From Chthonomonadales bacterium (GTDB taxonomy: Bacteria > Armatimonadota > Chthonomonadetes > Chthonomonadales > CAJBBX01), in NCBI GenBank assembly GCA_037443035.1, contig JBBIPC010000040.1, positions 1-12,146 of the forward strand: a stretch of 12,146 nucleotides of DNA, in the 5' to 3' direction. A program made the position numbers and the translations under genes. This document shows positions 7,767 through 12,146 of this stretch, piece by piece; position 1 is the stretch's first letter, and each line of letters opens with the position of its first letter. The notes under the pieces were generated by a model. It was not told the DNA's origin, searched no databases, and worked only from the letters and a program-made list of their open reading frames with translations.

Positions 7767-8414
7767 CTACGCGATCGTCTTTCGCCTCCGCCACAATCCC
7801 ATGCCAGCCATGCCTAGAAGGGCCGGGAGCTGGATCAGCGACGGCTCGGGGACCGGAACAGGGTCGAAGCGGAAGTTAGGGCCAAAGTACGCTTTCTCAT
7901 CCAATACTGCGTTGTGCCATGGATAGCCCCACCCCTGGGTAATCCGGTTCTCCAGGTAAGTGACCCGCGGATCCGTCGTGACGGACGTCGCTGCGTAGAT
8001 TGCACCGTCCGGGCTGCCATTGCTTGCGTAGACCCCGATGACGTACGTTCCCGGACCGAGCAACACAGATCCACCCGGTAATGCCTCCCAATACCAGTCC
8101 TGGCCGGGCATGAAGTTCGCTGGGACGGTCACCTGCGCGAGGATAGTAGTGCCGGCGTCATCCCAGATGGCAACGTTGTGGGACTCCAGGAGGCCGTCGC
8201 TGCCGGTGTCGTACATGCCGAGCATAGTGACCAGAACGGGTTCGCTGAGGGAGAAACGCCAACCACCGGTAAGGTCGAACGAAGCGTATATGTCGGATCC
8301 ACCGGTCCAGCCGCTGAGTGCCTGCTGATCCGCAATGGACCGTCCCGCCGCGCATGCTAGCACGCAGCAAGCGATCAGAACACGGGTACCGAGTAACATT
8401 CTCTTCACAATCAC
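7767..8414 (-). CDS. PEP-CTERM surface protein with DUF4082-like beta domain
   Basis: C-terminal VPEPSLIQLPALLGMAGMGLWRRRK; signal peptide; GWRFSLSEPVLVTMLGMYD and GPNFRF motifs. Start likely GTG 8414 (after GGGGGGA) or ATG 8399. Confidence 0.88.
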   Translation of the reverse strand: MIVKRMLLGTRVLIACCVLACAAGRSIADQQALSGWTGGSDIYASFDLTGGWRFSLSEPVLVTMLGMYDTGSDGLLESHNVAIWDDAGTTILAQVTVPANFMPGQDWYWEALPGGSVLLGPGTYVIGVYASNGSPDGAIYAATSVTTDPRVTYLENRITQGWGYPWHNAVLDEKAYFGPNFRFDPVPVPEPSLIQLPALLGMAGMGLWRRRKTIA

Positions 8415-8523
8415 GTAATCCCCCCCACTGCTCGAAGGTGGAGCTAGTTCTGAACCAACCAGCGCTCTCATCATGACGTATGACATAGCTTGGTCTGCTG
8501 CGTCAAGCCCTTGCGCCATGGCG

Positions 8524-8532
8524 TGCTACAAT
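8524..8532 (+). promoter_or_regulatory. Extended -10 promoter of rnpB
   Basis: TGcTACAAT ending 4 nt before the P1 helix of rnpB. Confidence 0.65.
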
Positions 8533-8536
8533 CGGA

Positions 8537-8939
8537 GTGGGCAGAAGGTCGGGTGGCCGCTCCGACCGCAGGGTCGGGGAGGAAAGTCCGGGCTCCGCAG
8601 GGCACGATGCCGGATAACGTCCGGGCGGGGCGACCCGACGGAAAGTGGCACAGAAAACACACAGCCGTTCTCTTGCCTTCGAGAGGTGCTCGAGGCCGAA
8701 AGGTCCATGAGACTGGCTCCGAAGCCAGAAACGGTAACGGTGAAAAGGCGCGGTAAGAGCGCACCGGCGACCGGGAGACCGGTCGGCCTGCTAAACCCCA
8801 TCGGGAGCAAGGCTCGATAGGGAGGGGATGACGCGGCCCGCCGACCCTCCGGGTAGAGCCGCTCGAGGTCCCGAGCAATCGGGATCCCAGAGAGATGGCC
8901 ACACAAACACAGAACCCGGCTTACAGACCTTCTGCCTGC
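8537..8939 (+). ncRNA. rnpB: RNase P RNA, bacterial type A
   Basis: Conserved GAGGAAAGTCCGGGCTCC, GAAAGTGGCACAGAAA, GGTGAAA..GCGGTAAGAGC, AAACCCC..GGAGCAAG, ACAGAACCCGGCTTA; P1 GTGGGCAGAAGGTC/GACCTTCTGCCTGC; P18 with GCAA loop; P19 absent. Confidence 0.98.
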
Positions 8940-8943
8940 AGAA

Positions 8944-8973
8944 GCACTGGCCCGGAACCGCACGGACCAGTGC
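8944..8973 (+). terminator. Hairpin downstream of rnpB (no U-tract)
   Basis: GCACTGG/CCAGTGC plus CCG/CGG stem. Confidence 0.35.
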
Positions 8974-9019
8974 AACCTCGAAGCCCGGTCTCCGTAGTCG
9001 GTGGTGGGAGGTAAGTACC

Positions 9020-9250
9020 ATGGTGGAAACGCTCGGTGGACTTCTCGGCATCGTCTCCTTCGTGTGCTGGCTGATCGTGCTCATCCAGGCGTTCAATGAC
9101 TCTCTCTGGAAGGGTATTCTCGCCCTCCTCTGCGGCCTCTACTGGCTCTATTACGCCATTTTCGAGTTCACCCACGAGCACAAATGGGCTATCGTCCTGC
9201 TGGCGATTCTCGGAGGCGGTTCCGCCTACGCATCGAGGCTACTCCGATAG
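9020..9250 (+). CDS. Small membrane protein (76 aa, 2-3 TM helices), unknown function
   Basis: Strong RBS GGAGGT before ATG 9020; MVETLGGLLGIVSFVCWLIVLIQAF..WKGILALLCGLYWLYYAIFEF..KWAIVLLAILGGG. Confidence 0.85.
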   Translation: MVETLGGLLGIVSFVCWLIVLIQAFNDSLWKGILALLCGLYWLYYAIFEFTHEHKWAIVLLAILGGGSAYASRLLR

Positions 9251-9255
9251 GACGC

Positions 9256-9678
9256 GTGGAGGGCAGGAACACCCCATCTGCTAGTTCTGCAATGTGGGCA
9301 GGATCTCTGGCTGCCGGGGTTCTCCTTGTCACGCTCGTGCTAGCGCGTTCGGGCCTTCCCGGGCCGCCTTGCCTGTTCCGGACATTCTTCGGTATCCCCT
9401 GCCCTGGGTGCGGCATGACGCGCAGCCTGGAGTCCATCTGGAGAGGCGAGCTCGGCCCCGCTATCCGGTATCATCCCCTGGGACCGCTGGTATTCGCTGT
9501 CCTCGTGGCAGTCTCGTCATGGTCCGCTGCCTACGCGGCTGCGCCGGGATGGCGAGGGTGGCTCCACCGTCTGGCCTATCCGATACGCCATGCGGCTGTT
9601 CCGTGGCTGATCGTAGTTCTGCTCATCGGTACATGGCTCGTGCGCCTGACACTTGCGCTCATGCACGGAGGTACTTGA
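9256..9678 (+). CDS. DUF2752 family membrane protein
   Basis: CLFRTFFGIPCPGCGMTRS...AIRYHPL signature; start GTG 9256 or ATG 9292. Confidence 0.9.
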   Translation: MEGRNTPSASSAMWAGSLAAGVLLVTLVLARSGLPGPPCLFRTFFGIPCPGCGMTRSLESIWRGELGPAIRYHPLGPLVFAVLVAVSSWSAAYAAAPGWRGWLHRLAYPIRHAAVPWLIVVLLIGTWLVRLTLALMHGGT

Positions 9679-9766
9679 CCTGGACAGGGGAGGCCATGCG
9701 CTCGCAGTCCAAAGCGAAGGTGCTGACTCGCTCAGAATGATCATTCGTCCAACTTCGGGGGAGGAG

Positions 9767-11113
9767 ATGTCCGTGCGCAGACCGGCGCAGACCAAGAAGC
9801 TGAGCACACGGCTGGGCGCTCTCGCAGGGGCGGTGCTTGCACTGCTACTGGCAGGAGGATGTGCTTCTCGAGAGTCTGACCGCACAACGGACGGACGCCT
9901 CCTCGTATCCATATGGCATCCCTGGGGAGGAGCCATGACTCCGCGCATCGAGAAGATCATGGCGGAATACGAGCGAACGCATCCAACGGTCAAGCTGCGG
10001 GTTCTCTTCACTCCCAACGACCTCTCCAACAACCAGAAGTTCTTCACCAGTGTCGCCGCAGGCAGACCTCCCGATGTCATCTTCGTGGATGGCCCCCAGG
10101 TAGCCGAGTGGGCCGAAAGAGGAGCGCTGGCCCCGCTGGACACCTATCTCCAGCAGTCAGGCATCAAGGACACGGATTACTTCGCGCCGTGCTGGAAGCA
10201 GAACGCTTACCGGGGCAAGGTCTGGGCGCTGACCTTCTGTGCCGACCCCAACTTCGCCTTTGTCTGGAACAAGCAGGACTTCCGCGACGCCGGTCTGGAC
10301 CCCGAGGTGGGGCCGGTCACCATCGAGGACCTGGACCGCATGTCGGACCGGCTGACACGCTTCGAGGGCGGGAACATCACGCGCATCGGTTTCATACCGT
10401 GGGCCCAGTACGGAGGCACCAACTCGCTCTTCACCTGGGGATGGGCGTTCGGCGGCTCTTTCTATGACGACGCGAATCGGAAGATCACTGCCAATCACCC
10501 GAAGGTGGTCCAGGCGCTCGAGTGGATGGTTTCTTACGCCAAACGCTACGATGTGACGCGGATCACAAGCTTGCAGCAGGGATTCGGCACGGCTCAGCTC
10601 GACCCGTTCTACATCGGGCAGATGTCCATGCGCTGCCTCCATATTAGCGGCATCGAGGACATCAAGCGCTATGCACCCCAACTGGAGTACGGCATGACCT
10701 TCATCCCAGCGCCTCCCGACGGCGAGCCGCACTCCTCATGGGTCGGCGGCTGGTGCATGGCGTTGCCCAATGGCTCCCGCCATCCGAAGGAAGGATGGGA
10801 GCTCATCCGATGGCTCTGTGCCGACGACGCGGGCACCTCGCTCGTAGGACGCGAGATGGGGCTCATGCCGGGTGCACGGAAGTCGCCCGCGTTCAAGGCT
10901 CTACGTGCGGCACGGGGCTTCGACCAGTTCTACCGGATCCTCCTGGAGACGCGCCATCAGCGACCGGTGATGCCCGTCCAGGCCTATTACATGGGTGCCC
11001 TTCAGCGTGCTGTGGACGCCGCCATCTACGGCAAGAAGACCCCGAAGCAAGCCCTGGACGACGCCACCGCCGAGACCCAGGCTGAGCTGGACGTCGTCCT
11101 CGCTGGTCGTTAG
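9767..11113 (+). CDS. ABC transporter sugar-binding lipoprotein (MalE/UgpB-like, SBP family 1)
   Basis: RBS GGGGAGGAG; lipobox LAGGC; AAGRPPDV, GALAPLD, WNKQDFRDAGLDP, VGGWCMALP, KTPKQALDDA. Start ATG 9767 or GTG 9773. Confidence 0.93.
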   Translation: MSVRRPAQTKKLSTRLGALAGAVLALLLAGGCASRESDRTTDGRLLVSIWHPWGGAMTPRIEKIMAEYERTHPTVKLRVLFTPNDLSNNQKFFTSVAAGRPPDVIFVDGPQVAEWAERGALAPLDTYLQQSGIKDTDYFAPCWKQNAYRGKVWALTFCADPNFAFVWNKQDFRDAGLDPEVGPVTIEDLDRMSDRLTRFEGGNITRIGFIPWAQYGGTNSLFTWGWAFGGSFYDDANRKITANHPKVVQALEWMVSYAKRYDVTRITSLQQGFGTAQLDPFYIGQMSMRCLHISGIEDIKRYAPQLEYGMTFIPAPPDGEPHSSWVGGWCMALPNGSRHPKEGWELIRWLCADDAGTSLVGREMGLMPGARKSPAFKALRAARGFDQFYRILLETRHQRPVMPVQAYYMGALQRAVDAAIYGKKTPKQALDDATAETQAELDVVLAGR

Positions 11114-11123
11114 GCGCCCGGAG

Positions 11124-11158
11124 GCAGCTACAGCTCCCATGCATGCTGTAGCCGCTTT
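11124..11158 (+). terminator. Putative intrinsic terminator after the SBP gene
   Basis: GCAGCTACAGC/GCTGTAGCCGC stem followed by TTT. Confidence 0.5.
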
Positions 11159-11230
11159 GCTCCTCACAAGGGCCGGCCCGACGATTCGTCGCCAGACTGA
11201 CGGACCAACCCCGCATGCGCGATGGGCTCG

Positions 11231-11277
11231 ACCCACGCAGGCGGGTGTCGTATATCGTGGGGGGCGATTCATCGCCC
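11231..11277 (+). repeat. REP-like double palindrome
   Basis: ACCCACGCAGGCGGGT, then GTGG-GG-GGCGATTCATCGCCC (GGGCGAT/ATCGCCC arms preceded by a GTRG tetranucleotide). Confidence 0.55.
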
Positions 11278-11574
11278 GTCTCGTCGTTGGTAGTCTGCAG
11301 CATGGCCGACGGCTGACGCAGGGCAGGTTGGGGCGTCTTGGCGGCTTCGGAGTTGGTCGAGCGGGAGGTCGAGGTCGGAGCCGCGGATGGAAGGCTGAGG
11401 TGCCACTGTTCGCTGTCCTTGCGGTGCATAAGCTGCGCCTCTGCGGCGTAACCCATGTGCAGCCTTCCTATCTTGTAGTGGTACCACTGGAGCCACCATG
11501 TCAGACGAGAGCCCAGACCATTCCGTCTGGACCTCGAGCGTGGTGCCACTTATCTAGACAACTGCCAAACAACA

Positions 11575-11657
11575 GCACCCTCCCCGCTCGCGGGGAGAGG
11601 GTGTTCACCCGCTCCGACGTCCTGCCCTCAGTTCCCTCGCCCCGCGTGCGGGGAGGG
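11575..11657. repeat. Two related CCCT..CCCCGC-nn-GCGGGGA..GGG palindromes
   Basis: 11575-11604 GCACCCTCCCCGCTCGCGGGGAGAGGGTGT and 11634-11657 CCCTCGCCCCGCGTGCGGGGAGGG. Confidence 0.6.
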
Positions 11658-11680
11658 GCGGGTTCCGAACCCGCCCCTAC
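11654..11680 (-). repeat. GTAG-family REP element
   Basis: Minus strand GTAGGGGCGGGTTCGGAACCCGCCCCT: 5' GTAG with a perfect 12-bp inverted repeat. Confidence 0.75.
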
Positions 11681-11712
11681 GTCAGCCGATGGCAGCCGGC
11701 TGGGATGACGCG

Positions 11713-12146
11713 TCAGTTGATCGTCAGCGTTCCTTCACCGTATCCCGCCTCGACCCAGGGGTCGCCGGCGAATTCGCAGCGGATCGTGTGCGTGCCGACG
11801 CTGAGGCCGGTGGTGTCGAAGTTGTAGCGGGCCACGCCAGGATCCACAGCGCCGCTGCCCGTGGTGACGTCCGCTACCCACGTCCCGTCAAGTCGGAACG
11901 TGACCAGCTTCCCCTCTTGCTTCTTGTAGTCGTACAACCGGCGGAAGTAGGCGTAGAACTTCGCGATGCCGCCTTGCGGAACCGACCGTGGCATGACCCA
12001 GATGTACGGGAGGGCCTTGAGCACGGTCAATGTCGCCGTCTTGCTGATGGCTGCGTAGCCGCCGTTTCCGGGCCACTCCGAGAGGATGGTGCGAGTACCC
12101 GCTCCCGCACCGTCGGGCACGTCGTAGTACGGGTATTTCGCGTATC
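11713..12146 (-). CDS. C-terminal part of an Ig-like domain repeat protein (partial, runs off right edge)
   Basis: Frame open to the window edge (YAKYPYYDVPDGAGAG...); two related beta units GAGTRTILSEWPGNGGY..TATLTV and SVGTHTIRCEFAGDPWV..EGTLTIN, plus GKLVTFRLDG, as in Big-type repeats. Confidence 0.85.
   Translation of the reverse strand, partial: YAKYPYYDVPDGAGAGTRTILSEWPGNGGYAAISKTATLTVLKALPYIWVMPRSVPQGGIAKFYAYFRRLYDYKKQEGKLVTFRLDGTWVADVTTGSGAVDPGVARYNFDTTGLSVGTHTIRCEFAGDPWVEAGYGEGTLTIN

Noticed and set aside
8471..9019. ORFs across rnpB and 5' extensions of the 7767-8519 and 8828-9250 ORFs
   Set aside because: The region is the RNase P RNA and its promoter; better starts exist at 8414/8399 and 9020.
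9653..9766. N-terminal extension of the SBP ORF
   Set aside because: RBS and lipoprotein signal place the start at 9767/9773.
10893..11708. ORFs 10893-11549 (-), 10995-11708 (+) and 11269-11499 (-) as intact genes
   Set aside because: They overlap the SBP gene or run through REP palindromes, lack good RBSs and have low-complexity composition.
11160..11712. CRISPR array
   Set aside because: The palindromes differ from each other and are not regularly spaced; no cas genes in the window.

Overview
GC-rich bacterial chromosomal window; the gene mix (PEP-CTERM protein, Tat-exported Gfo/Idh/MocA enzyme, Ig-like repeat protein, GTAG REP) suggests an Armatimonadota-like organism (inference). A minus-strand cluster (5316->141) encodes an HtrA/DegP-type serine protease with four PDZ domains, a closely coupled trypsin-fold paralog lacking the catalytic His and Ser, a Gfo/Idh/MocA oxidoreductase resembling fungal GaaA, and a secreted beta-rich hypothetical protein. 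Divergently, a highly base-paired leader precedes a Tat-signal Gfo/Idh/MocA oxidoreductase and a creatininase-family amidohydrolase. Then follow a PEP-CTERM protein (-), RNase P RNA rnpB (+, type A, branched P12), a small membrane protein, a DUF2752 protein, an orphan sugar ABC-binding lipoprotein, a 600-bp gap with REP-like palindromes, and the 3' end of an Ig-like repeat protein (-). The best candidates for new biology are the 4-PDZ HtrA/pseudoprotease pair and the unclassified structured RNA leader at 5362-5433. No CRISPR array, tRNA, rRNA or intact transposase was seen. All family calls are from motif recognition by eye; no searches were run.
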